Below, piece after piece: positions 39,670 to 51,169 of a stretch of 64,000 nucleotides of DNA (position 1 is the first letter of the stretch; each line of letters opens with the position of its first letter). Made by a program: the position numbers and the translations under genes. This stretch comes from Stylophora pistillata (taxonomy: Eukaryota), in the NCBI RefSeq assembly GCF_002571385.2, contig NW_019217955.1:243384-307383 (forward strand). The letters run 5' to 3'. The notes beneath the pieces are model-generated. The model ran no database searches. It saw only the letters and a list, made by a program, of their open reading frames with translations, and was not told the origin of the DNA.

Positions 39670-40560
39670 TAAATCAAAACCGGCCGCAAGCCCGCTCGCG
39701 CAGCTTTGAACCTTACCTTGTTTAAGGGCCGACCATTTAACTTTTGAGGGGGGTGGGTGATTTCTGGTCATTAAGAAAATTTTTCTCTAGCAATTTGCTG
39801 TGCAGGATATTTTTTTCCGACTTTTTGATACATTTTTTCTCTTACATTTGGGCTGCATGGAATTTTTTTCTTCCAACAAACGCTTGCAAAAAATTTTTTC
39901 AAAATCACCCACCCCCCCTCATAAGTTAAATGGTCAGCCCCTTAAAGTTGCTCGCATTTCCACCTTGCTTACACAAATGAAACAGGATAACTAAGTAGTT
40001 TCGTGACTGATTGAAACAACGTCAATTTGTTCGCTTCTTTGCAGTTTCATCTCACACAATGATAATTTACGTAATTCAAGTGTCATAGCAACTTACGCTC
40101 CGATCGCTTATTGTTAGGCATTTGATTGATGGCTACTCACTTGCTGACCTGTCAAAATCAAATCAAAGTGTTGATGGCTTTTCCGATTGCACTTAAAAGC
40201 TTCCTGCTTTCGTTACAACAGTTTTGATTTCGTCAATCAAGCAGAAGCTTTTCACTACTTTGCTGCCTGCGGGACTAAAGTTACAACCGGTAAGGACATA
40301 CCAATAGTAGTCGTGTTTTCTGTTGGCAGTCAAATGACTGCTTTTGGTATCAAAAGGCTAGGCATGGTATAACTGACAGTCCAAGGAGGGGTCCTTGACT
40401 ATCTAGTGTCTTAATTGAAGTACCATCTAGTGTCTTAATTAAACCTTTATTAAACCCTCTACTATCGACTTAGTCGGCCGTTCCGAAGATAACAGTTCAT
40501 AGTGAGAGACATTTTCGATGAACTTTGCAAATAACTATGGCAGTATGAGCTGCTGCAACT
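39670..40560. repeat. Module copy upstream of the SLC6 relic
   Basis: Contains aaacaggataa, ttacgtaattcaagtgtcatagc and gttacaaccggtaaggacatacc. Confidence 0.85.
39726..39941. mobile_element. MITE with TTAA target-site duplication
   Basis: TIRs ggg..gaccatttaactt.tgagggggg with TTAA on both sides. Other module copies show the empty site ccttgtTTAAagttgctcg. Confidence 0.9.
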
Positions 40561-41279
40561 TCTGCGCGTCTGTTATAAAATCACGCTCAAGTCAAATATT
40601 TTACAGTAAGAAATTTGTCTTCTAGTTGTACGAAGGTTTACGTGTCATCTAAGTTATGCCCGTTGCTTTTCCTGAGTTCTTATGAGTATCAAATAGAGAC
40701 GAACACTGAAATTGAGATTATTCAATTTTTTCCTGCTGACCTCATTTAGAGAAAATACGACCTCGCTCTCTCTAACAAAATCAAAGATGTAACTATATTT
40801 CGTAAATTCGGAAACAACGCTGATCACAAAAGGTAATCAGAACTGAAGGAAATCTGACAAGAAGCCTATGAACACTTTAAGTAAACATAACCAAACATTC
40901 TCGGTGGCGGAAAACGCGCATTTTCGAATGACTTATGGTTTTTGCTTCCTTTGGTGCTGATTGACTGAAAGATGGATATTCCGCAGAAAGATGAGTAGAT
41001 TTGCAACCCAAAGGATAGAAGATACTGTAGAAGTATTTTCAATGAGATTACGCGGTGATGACGCTCTGATTGTAACAAAAGACGAAATAAGACGCAAGGA
41101 ATCCAACAGTCCAAGCCATTCAAACAACATCCTCAAAGTATCCTGAGCAAAGAGGAGCCCGCACCTTTCAAGCATTCCTAGCAGTGGACTAGCTGTCGAA
41201 ATTGTCTGTCAAACTTGTAGGGTCACAACAAGTAACGCGCCTATGGTAAATCATACTGGTTGAATGAGTCTGCCAATGA

Positions 41280-42446
41280 ATGGAAAATAATAATCATCAT
41301 CACTGGAAGTGTAATGGAATACCAGCCAAAGTCACGAGTTCGCAACGCTTTCCATCCAAGGCAAATGAAACGCCGTCGCAGCTAAGCAAACAACACAACT
41401 CTCGCTGAGAGAATATAACCTGCTGTGGATCAACCTGCAGCAGAACCACTCAGGAAAATGGTCCTATTAATATTAAACCTTGGAAAAACAAAGGGGACTA
41501 CTCCGTAGCGATGCTAACATATCTTCTGGGAATAGGAAATGTTATCAGATTTCCTCAGCTGTGCTTCAAACATGGAGGAGGTAGGGATGTGGTAATTTTT
41601 TTTTCATTCAGTTTATTCAGTGCAACCTACTCGATTAAAAACGATTCAGGTTATTCTCTTGTGAACATGGAGAGTAGAGGGTGATGATGTTTCAACACCA
41701 AAATGAAATCTATTGTTTTCGATCTTGGATCTGAAAGGCGAGGATTCAGCGTACTTTTATGATCTGTATGATAAAACAGAGCCCGTGCATCGTATCATGC
41801 ATCAGTTGTTGCTGGTATCAACTACATTTTCCCGTCCCCCAAGCAATGTCACAAAAAATTCGAGCTCTCTCTGCTTATCATGAGAGACGAGGCCGCCAAA
41901 CATTTAGTTGGAGTCCTAATCTGCTCGATATGTTTTTCTCTTGGACAAGAATGTATGCTCTCGTGATGTCTCCCTCTGCCTGACTAGGAATAAAAAGGAA
42001 ACGGTCAAGGACAGCCTATGAAATTCTCGCGCCTTGACTTTTGACTCTTGTCCTACTCAGAGAGAATAACAATACTCCTTGTTCCATCTTGCAACGAAAA
42101 TTGACAGTCAACGCAGATGGGCCAACTACCTTCGAAGTTGGCTGCTCCTGAGAATTAATTTTATTGCGGTTAATTTCATAAAATTGTTGTTGCTGTTCTT
42201 GTTATTTCCTTTATCTCTCTGATCAACAAGAGCATTTTGTTTTATTAGGAGGGAAATAATTTGTGCGCTTTTGTAGGAGCATTTTTCATCCCGTACTTCA
42301 TCATGTTCATTATAGAAGGAATTCCGCTCACTTGCCTAGAGATGGCCGTAGGACAGAGACTGGGGCGGGGCTCTGTCATAAAGTCCAAGAAGGATCTCAG
42401 TCCCAGTCTTAGAGGAATTGGTATGGCTGCGACCTTCAATAGCCTG
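41280..42446 (+). pseudogene. SLC6 (sodium:neurotransmitter/amino-acid symporter) 5' relic, exons 41280-41580 and 42277-42446
   Basis: Spliced (phase 1, GT-AG) translation PWKNKGDYSVAMLTYLLGIGNVIRFPQLCFKHGG|GAFFIPYFIMFIIEGIPLTCLEMAVGQRLGRGS matches the SLC6 TM1-TM2 signature. There is an in-frame TGA at 41406 and no downstream exons were found. Confidence 0.85.
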
Positions 42447-42919
42447 GTGACGTGTCCCTCTTAATTTGAAGAGGTATCTAAGTTCACTTTTTTTCTTTGT
42501 TTGATTTAAGGGGACTGGCATGGGGGGACGGGGAGAATCATTGCTATAGGAGAAAATTATGATAAATATGAAGTTTGATTATTGATTTTGAAACAAAGAG
42601 ACCATTCAATTTCACTCATTTATTTGTAGAGAGTTTCTGGAAGAAAATCTATTTTCCGCAACGTCCGCTTCAAGGTTGACTGCAATCTGATAAAAATTTA
42701 GAAGTTTGTTAGTTTTAGCGCAAGGATGTGATGAACATGAAAGAACATTTAAAGACGCCTCGTCTAATTGTGAGGAAAAAGTTGATTTTTTAGAGAAGAC
42801 AAGCTGAGGGTCATTAACAAAGACTGCGCGTTTCAACGCAAGCTTGATCAACGACTTCCGTTGTGGAGCTGATCCATTCATTGCATGGCGAAAGTTGCTT
42901 GGCCGAGATGGCCAAAAAG

Positions 42920-43130
42920 AAATATTCAGGTATGATGCACGATCCTTCTCAGTAGATAGCGCTATTTATGCAATAGCGAAATTCAGACCTGAAATAGATC
43001 AGGCCTGTACGGGATTCGAACCACTGACCTCTGCGATACTAGTGCAGCGCTCTACCAATTGAGCTAACAAGCCAACTGGGAGCAGGCCGTTAAGTTGATT
43101 CGTAATAAACCCGTGATGATAAATCTAAGT
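42920..43130 (-). mobile_element. tRNA-derived repeat (SINE-like)
   Basis: Minus strand gcttgttagctcaattggtagagcgctgcactagtatcgcagaggtcagtggttcgaatcccgtacaggc has A and B boxes. It is an insertion relative to other module copies. Confidence 0.7.
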
Positions 43131-44899
43131 TATTGGAGAAATAATCAATTTAACTTCGGCCTCCAAGAATAGTAATCATTTGATATTTGGAAAGGGGCTT
43201 ATTTCGGGATGGCAATCACTCAGTAAACCAAATCACGAGTGATGTGCAGCTTTGAAGTCCAACCTCTCATCCCTTTCCCCACCGCCACTTTTGGAAATAA
43301 ACTTTATTTTATGAAAGAAAGAGAAATACGATAAAATTTGAAAAACATAAATTTTAACTGGTTCCAATCGAGTAGCGGTAAATTGTATTCTTATAGGGAG
43401 ACTACAATCTACAATCTTCCTTTTTCGGATGCCCTCTCCTTTCCTTTGAGGCATAGCATTGCCGATGGTCAGCGTCTCAATGGACATTTATACGATAGCA
43501 ACATTGCAGTGAAAACTGTTTAATTTTACTCTCTTAATGAAGACTGTATTTTGTAATTAGGGGAGTGCCATTCTGATCAGTTGTATTTCATTTACACTGT
43601 GACGCGTTTGATTGGTTCATGCAGCTCCTCTTCCTCTGGTATTCCATCTCAATCACATTCTAGAGTAATGTTTCTAAAAAATGAAGCATTTCTTAAAGAC
43701 TTTGTGTTGCAGTTGTGTGACGTGATTTATTGGCTCCATTCTGGAGCGTTCGTGATAGATGCGCACTTCACGGTTCCAAACGTCTAAGGGTACTTCTGGT
43801 ACAATATGCGAATTACGTTTTGTATCATGCCAAGTATCTCATTAAAATAATAATAATAATGATAATATGGTGTCTAATATAATAGAAAACAAAAGCCACG
43901 CCAAGTAACTTAAGCATCCTGTTTTCTTTAAAACAGTTACATTTCTTTATTCTAGAAAATATTTGCAGACCAGAATTTGAGTATTATGTCTCAGGCTGTC
44001 CGGTTTTGTAGTCCGACCGGAAGCCTGCCCGCGCAGCTTTGAGCCTCACCTGTTTTAAAGTTGGTTGTATTTCCACCTTGCTTGCACAAATAAAACAGCA
44101 TTAATAAGTAGTTTCGTGACTGATTGAAACAACGTCAATTTGTTTGCTTTTTTGCAGTTTCTTCTCGCACAATAATAATTTGCGTCAAAACTTATGATCC
44201 GAACGCTTATTGTGAGGCATTTGATTGATGGTTACTTCTAGACCTGTCAAAATCAAATCAAAGTGCTCCTGGCCTTTTCAATTTCACTTTAAAGCTTCTT
44301 GCTTTCGTTACAACAGTTTTGATTTCGTCATTCAAGCAGAAACTTTTGACTACTTTGCTGCCCGCGGGACTGAAGTTACAACCGGTAGGGACATATCAGT
44401 AGGATTCGTGTTTTCTGTTGGCAGTCAAATGACTGTTCTTGGTATCGAAAGGCTTGGCATGGTAAAACTAAATGTTTAGAGAGGGTTCCTTGACGCTTGC
44501 AAAAAAAGTACCATTTAGTGTCTTAAGTAAATGCTGGAGCTGTACTATAGATTTGTCCGAGATTTCGAAGATAACATTCCATAAGAGACGTTTTCCAAGC
44601 ATTTTGCAAATAACTATGTCAGTATCAGTTGCAGAAAGGCTTACAAATGTAGAGGTCTAATAGCCCTTATCGCATTTGTGTCTGCAATGGAAAGGGTCCG
44701 CGGAGTTATAGTTTCAGGACGAGGCTATCGGGTCAACGTTTCTCGAGAAACACCAGAAAAAAATGACTCCATGTCTGACCATACAACTGTGGAATCTGCG
44801 TTTTTTTCTGCCGAGGAAAAGGTTAAAATTCTTAGTGGTAATTGTCCTAGCATCACGAAAGAAAGATTGAAAGAATGGCTGTCATTTCGGAAAGGGACG

Positions 44900-45143
44900 G
44901 CAAAATTTTGTCGCCTTTGTTCATGACCACGGTTGTTGTTCCTTTGTCGGCATTTTTGAGGTTTAACTCAGAGTCACTTTTCAAGGCCCTCAGCGCCTTG
45001 CGTTTGGCCAGAAGCAAATTTTCGTTTGGCTTTGTAATTTCTATTTCGGAAAGGCCACTTTTAACCTCTTCTAAATAGCTTTCAAGGGCTACTGATTTTT
45101 GTATTGGTGGTATCCATGTAGATTTGACGTGGCAGGGATGGGT
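44900..45143 (-). mobile_element. Penelope-like RT fragment
   Basis: NL...RKALRALKSDSELNLKNADKGTTTVVMNK contains the ADKG motif upstream of the Penelope RT core. It abuts an N-gap. Confidence 0.75.
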
Positions 45144-45685
45144 ANNNNNNNNNNNNNNNNNNNNNNNNNNNNNNNNNNNNNNNNNNNNNNNNNNNNNNNN
45201 NNNNNNNNNNNNNNNNNNNNNNNNNNNNNNNNNNNNNNNNNNNNNNNNNNNNNNNNNNNNNNNNNNNNNNNNNNNNNNNNNNNNNNNNNNNNNNNNNNNN
45301 NNNNNNNNNNNNNNNNNNNNNNNNNNNNNNNNNNNNNNNNNNNNNNNNNNNNNNNNNNNNNNNNNNNNNNNNNNNNNNNNNNNNNNNNNNNNNNNNNNNN
45401 NNNNNNNNNNNNNNNNNNNNNNNNNNGAAGACAAGCTGAGGGTCGTAAACAAAGCCTGCGAGTTTCAACGCGAGCTTGATCAACGACCTTTCTTGTGGAG
45501 CTGATCCATTCATGGCATGAATAAAGTTGCTTGGCAATCATAGCTAGTAAGAAATGTTCCTGTGAATTTTGCCCTCGATTGTTAAATATTTGATATTTGG
45601 AAAGGGGCTTATTACAGGATGGTAATCATTAAGTAAACGAAATCACAAGTGATGTGCAGCTTTGAACTCTAACCTTTCATCTCTT

Positions 45686-46076
45686 AACCGCCTCCCGGTT
45701 AGCTCAATTGGTAGAGCGCCGAACTGTTGTGCGGAAAGTCGTGAGTTCAAATCCAGCCGGACCAACACTCAGGGTCTTTAAATGACTGAGAAGAAAGTGC
45801 TGCCTTTTGTAATAATATCTGCAAATGGTTAGACTTTCTACTCTTCTCGGATAGGGACGATAGATAAAGGTCCCGTCTCACAAGCCCTTGTATGTGATAA
45901 AAAAAATTTGTGGGACGTTAAAGAGCCCTCACGCTGTTCGAAAAGAGCAGGGCACGTAGTGCCCGGTGTTGTGGTCTATCTTTGTGTAGTGTCTATCAAA
46001 TTGATGGGGGGTACTGCGCCTTTGAATATTGTATAGAAAGGGCGCAATATAAACAAGGAATTCATCCATTCATTCA
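45686..46076 (+). mobile_element. tRNA-derived SINE with (ATTC)n tail
   Basis: Head with A box tagctcaattggtagag and B box gagttcaaatcc; 3' (attc)n tail; flanked by ttcatc(t/c)ctt; inserted into a module copy. Confidence 0.8.
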
Positions 46077-49000
46077 TTCATCCCTTTCCCCACCACCACT
46101 ATTGGAAAGAAACTTTATTTTCTGAAAGAAAAAAAAATACGAAAAATCTTTGGGAAACATAAATTTCCACTGGTGGTAAGACCAAATAAAAGGAGAATGT
46201 TAATTTTACGACGTAAACACAACGTTACAACTATTGTCTTCGCGCGGAAGCAATCTCGGGTGTAGCGTTACAACAGTTCCGATGGCCAGCGGCCGCTCCA
46301 ACTGGTCGTAGTGGATTAGCAGTAAACCGTATTCGTTATAAAAGATTTTTGGTGAAAGTTAGCCTTTTATTTAGGGAGTCGCATAGGGAGACTACAATCT
46401 TCCTTTTTCGGATGCCCTCTCACTTGCATTGGAGCATAGCACTGCGTTTGTTCAGTGTCTTAAAGGACATTTGTCTAACAGTGACATTGCCGTGATTAAT
46501 GATATTCCGCCCGTTTGATTCAACTTTCTTATTACAGACTACATTTTTTTATTAGGGGAGCGCCATTCTTAATAAATGTATTTCATTTACATTGAGGCGG
46601 TTGATTTATCATGAAGCCTCTAGTCCTCTCAGTCTGGTATTCCATCTGAATCACTTTACGGGGTAAATGTTTCTAGGAAATGAAGCAATACTTAAAGAAT
46701 TTGTGTTGTAGTTGTATGACGTGATTTATTGGCTTCATTCTGATTTATTGACATATTGTGAGTCGTGTTGCAATTAAATGATGGAACGTGTACCAAGTCA
46801 AAGTATCATGAAGAATAGCCAAGATGACGAAGCAAAAAAAACAGCAAAACAAAAGCATAAGAAAAGCAATTACGGAAACGCTCAATAGACGTCTTCGTCT
46901 AGCAAATAAGTATTGTGCCTGGTAATATTGACAGTGCATAGAGTTAAATTCAAATGCCGTATTTAACTATTTTAGTCGACTCAAATTGGAGTTTATTTCG
47001 GCAATGTGAAATTCGATGCTTGAACTGGGCTTTATTAAGAGAATAATCAAACAAACAAGTTAGCCGTACATTGTGCGAAACGGGCCGTTCATTTACAGAT
47101 CATTTAGGTACATGTCTTTGCGATATTTACTTTCATAAATGAGATCAACACTGTCCCATGATGTGATGAATGTAACAAAGACAGCAATCAAACATGTTAA
47201 CGATGAAAAAGATACTGAATTCATACTCTTCACTTAGAGCACTCAGAACGTGTTTATTGTTTGAGAAAGCAGATATATGAAGGAACTGCAGATGGTGTTG
47301 CAGCTTTAGGAAGAAATGAACTCGATTTACTGCTCGCTTTTTACAGCAACGTTATTAGCAACTGAAAACCACTCAGTGAACACCCTTATGTGTTTTTTTT
47401 TCGGATCTATTTTTTAACTGTTAAAGCGGGCTCATTGTTTGCACGTTGTACTCCCAAATTCAATACCTAATACACAAAATGAATACCTTCAATCATAGCT
47501 TTCGCTATATGCCTCACGTCCACCGACTGCGACAGACTTCTTGTTTTCTCGGTCAGTGGAACTTCTAGATGTGAAAGTTAAACGTTATCATCAAATGATA
47601 ATTCAGCTTGTTCGTGATCATTAAACCACGCTAATACTTGCTACAAAACAACTTACTACTGAACTAACTAGCAGCAAATCGTTACATTTACTGCTATAAT
47701 CATTTTGATCCTCTCCGTCAAAATTACCTTTTGATAAATTAACTCAGAGGTTTACATATTTATTTGCGTATTAGCTGCTATGATAACCATTTCAATGAAT
47801 GCTTTAAGATTAATATTTAAGCTAAAGCTATATTTTCATTTATTTGCCTGTTTTCAAAGGCGGATAATTGCAAATTTCTTGAAGACAGACACCGATGAGC
47901 TGGTAGATACAGACCAAAAATATCAATCTCGTCTAGTCTTATTCAAATAATTAGCTAGACTACTTACTTGTCTTACAAACATACTGCGACAAAAATCAAA
48001 GAGGCTTTTCTCTTTCGCTTGCTTTCGCTTATTAGTAGCACTGGAAGTGCCAATGGACGCAATTTGTGTCCAGTGTTCCTCACCATTCCATAAAATAGAC
48101 AAACGCATGTCTCATTTAACGGGTCGCCCGCATTTTTGTAAAGCAAAGAGCTTTACACATACTTGATGTACATAATATATTCAATTTGTCATATATTATG
48201 TCTATATCTCAAGGCAAAATGTATTTGAAATAAGAAAATCTCTGAGACTGAACTGATTTAAAGTAAAACCGCCTGATGCACACTGTACCACTTAAAAGTC
48301 GGTTGGTTAGGGAAGGTATTTTAATGCAAGGAAAAAAGGAGGGGACTTTAGGCGCTGCCGTCCCCCTTTCCACTTAATCCGCCCCTGGCATTGTTGAGTA
48401 TTGAAATGTTGGCCTCGCATTAGTGATCTCGAAGAAGGGTTTTTTTTACATATAATAAAACAATCTTGAACTACTTTGAATTCGATGAAAACGTTTCCAA
48501 ATACTTACAATATCAGTTACTGAAGAAATACTCCCCATATTGAATACACTCCGTAGAGTAAAAATAACTCCCAAAACGAGTACACATATGTCGCGGTATT
48601 TGTACTCCAGAGAACTGTTGCACAAGGTTTCTCGCATCGAGCAAGCGACGAATTGGACTGACGTTACGAAAAAGAAAGGCGGACGATTTAAACCTTTATT
48701 CAGACGACAAAGAGTCGGAATAGCTGGGTAATATTGATCCTAGTTTATTAGATAAATCGAACGAAGAAAAGCGGTTAGACAATAATGAAATTTGATCATT
48801 TTTTGAAGAAAATAGAAACAGTGCTAATTCTGTTCCGCTTCCCATGCGTCTGTCATACACTCCTCGTAAGTAAATATACGCGAAATTCACCCTCACTGAA
48901 ATTTGGTGTGTTGGAAAATAAATCTCTTATTAAACGTTTCGTTGTGTAGTATCGCTGAGTATTTTTACTCGTTGTTTGTGTTTTGACTTACCCTAGAGGC

Positions 49001-49300
49001 TCGTCAAATTACGACACATTCGTATATACCCAACTGAACGTTTAATAAACTATGTATATTTTCTGTATCAAATCAAGAGCTTTGTAGAACATGCGTTGCA
49101 CTACATTGGACGAGCGATCTAAATGAGTTTGCTTGAGTCGCACAGAATGATAGGATAAGCTTGTAATCCTCCTTTCCAAGTATCTGTTGAAATCAAGAAA
49201 CAACAAACGCCATGCCAAACCACTTTTAAAAGCATCCTGTTTTCCTGGTAACAGTTTTCCCTTTGTCATTAAAGCAGAAGTCCTTTACAAAACAGAATTT

Positions 49301-51150
49301 ATAACATAACTAAAGCAAAGCGCGCGCTCTGATTGGTTAATTCAGTATCTACTATTTTCCCACGGGTGTATGCTGCTGACGCGTGTGCTAATGCTTCCAA
49401 AACAAATATTGACAGACATTGTTTCCAAAGTAATGACCGACGTGCCCTCAGCCAGAAATGTGAAACTGTCTTCACAGTGGTCTATTTGGGAGCATTTTTC
49501 CCGAGCCACCTGCAAAGAGATTCGCAAGTTTAAGCGAAAGCGCACTTGAAGAGCTTGTTAGTGAGCGACACTCAAAAAAGACGAAAGAAGTCACAAACTG
49601 GTCTATGTCACCATTTAAAAGTAAAAAAAAAGTTATTAAAGCTTAGTTGAAATTCATTAATAGGCTTTACGAGAAAGAGAAAACGAAATAAATATCTGAA
49701 CACCTATTAAATATTTAGAAATTGTTCCTGTGTAAACACAATTAAATGCTAACGCGTGGACAGTGTCGACGAAATTACATTTTCAATTTGCTGTTTTCGC
49801 GATTTTAAAAAGCGCTTACTCTGATAACAGATGAAAATGAATTGAAAGTTAAGTTCCATTTCAAACCATATTTGATAGTCCGTTTCTTTTTGTTATTTTC
49901 AGCTTGGTGTGCAGAAAAACAAATTCAAACCCCACTAGAAGCGATGAAAATAGGTCAGCTTGGTCAAAACCTACGCAGGTTTCACGCAGAAGCGGGAACT
50001 AAAAAGGGCGGAGATTACAGTTATTCGATAGAAAGACACCTTAATGCCTCACCACTTAGCAGAGGCTTACAAATTTCAACTGACACAAGTTTGCAAGATC
50101 AAACCTCATGCTAGATGCACAAATAAAAAAATCTAAAACGAAGCGGCAAAGAAAATGTCTCGCATAAACCTGCTATCGAGGAAGAAGACCTCCAGAAATT
50201 GAAATTAAGCGAAGTGTTGTCCTTGTCGTCACCGCTTTCCTTGCTGAGAAATGTTTGGTTTCATGTCGCCCTGTTTTTCTGTAGACGGAGACTTGAGGGG
50301 CAAAGAAGTTTGACAACGAACAGCTTCAACTTTGAAACCGATGCGGCTGGAAGAAATTACGCAACCATGAGTCACGATGAATTATCAAAGAATCATCCCG
50401 GAGGACTAAAGGACGTTGAAAGTACAGAAAAAGAGGCCAGAATGTATGAGACCGAAGACCAAGGTGACGGCTACATGGCACTCAGATTGTATCTCCAGAA
50501 GGTACATCCAAAGTGTACCACATTTTTCCAGTATCCGAAGAAAAATAACATGGCTCTAGACGCCGTTTGGTACGAAGCACGACCGCTTGGAATAAACCGC
50601 CTCGCCAAAATGGTGAAGACCATCAGCGAAGAAGCACGTTTATCCAAAATCTGCGCAAACCATTGTGTAAGAGCCACTGCCATCTCTCTCTGGTCCAACG
50701 CCAGGATTTCAAACCGCCACATCATGGCCATTTCTGGACACCGCAGTGAGCAGTCTCTTGTAAGCTGACAATTCGCGGCCTTCGACCTCACAGCTCCATA
50801 ACTGCAGCCCGAGAGCCTTTTCTCCTTCTGCCATCAATCACAGCCAACCATCAGAAACTTCTCAGCAATCCACCTCGTTCCAGACCAAACAAGTCACAAC
50901 GAAATCACTCTTCGGCGAATGCACTATTCAAAACGTGCAAATTGTTTTCAACGGTTCTGTCAACCTCTGAAATTCAGTCCATTTTTAAATGATTTTGGAT
51001 GGTTGTCAAATTTCTCCAGTTTGTTGATAATTCTGCTGAACTCTTTCACCAGTTGTTGGATACAGACCTTATAAAGAAGAATTTGAGTGATATTTCAGGA
51101 AACGTGATTAAACTTTATCGAGTTGCTGGTGTACAGTCGATTGTCATTAT
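49301..51150 (+). mobile_element. Crypton-type tyrosine-recombinase transposon relic
   Basis: ORF 50199-50768: WFHVALFFCRR..QR, NHPGG, WYEARPLGIN, NHCVRAT (H-x-x-R), ISGHRSEQSLVS* with a stop where the catalytic Tyr is expected. There is an apparent intron at ~49621-49902. Confidence 0.8.
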
Positions 51151-51169
51151 GTAGAGTTATTCGAGTTAC

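Larger units (their letters stand above)
42690..46740. repeat. Module copies (about 2) interrupted by SINEs, a Penelope fragment and a gap
   Basis: Shared blocks gaagacaagctgagggtc, gatgtgcagctttgaa, ggagactacaatcttcctttttcggatg and ggggagtgccattct. Confidence 0.85.

Noticed and set aside
41406-41408. In-frame TGA in SLC6 exon 1 as selenocysteine or readthrough
   Set aside because: It lies in a non-conserved N-terminal tail, no SECIS is evident, and the rest of the gene is missing. A nonsense mutation is the simpler explanation.
43002-43075. Apparent tRNA gene (also ~45690 and ~59095)
   Set aside because: Each is embedded in a longer inserted repeat with an empty site in paralogous sequence and has imperfect stems, so it is a SINE-like head rather than a tRNA.
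46750-49100. Possible unique gene between the module blocks
   Set aside because: AT-rich, with only short motif-less ORFs and no consistent exon structure.
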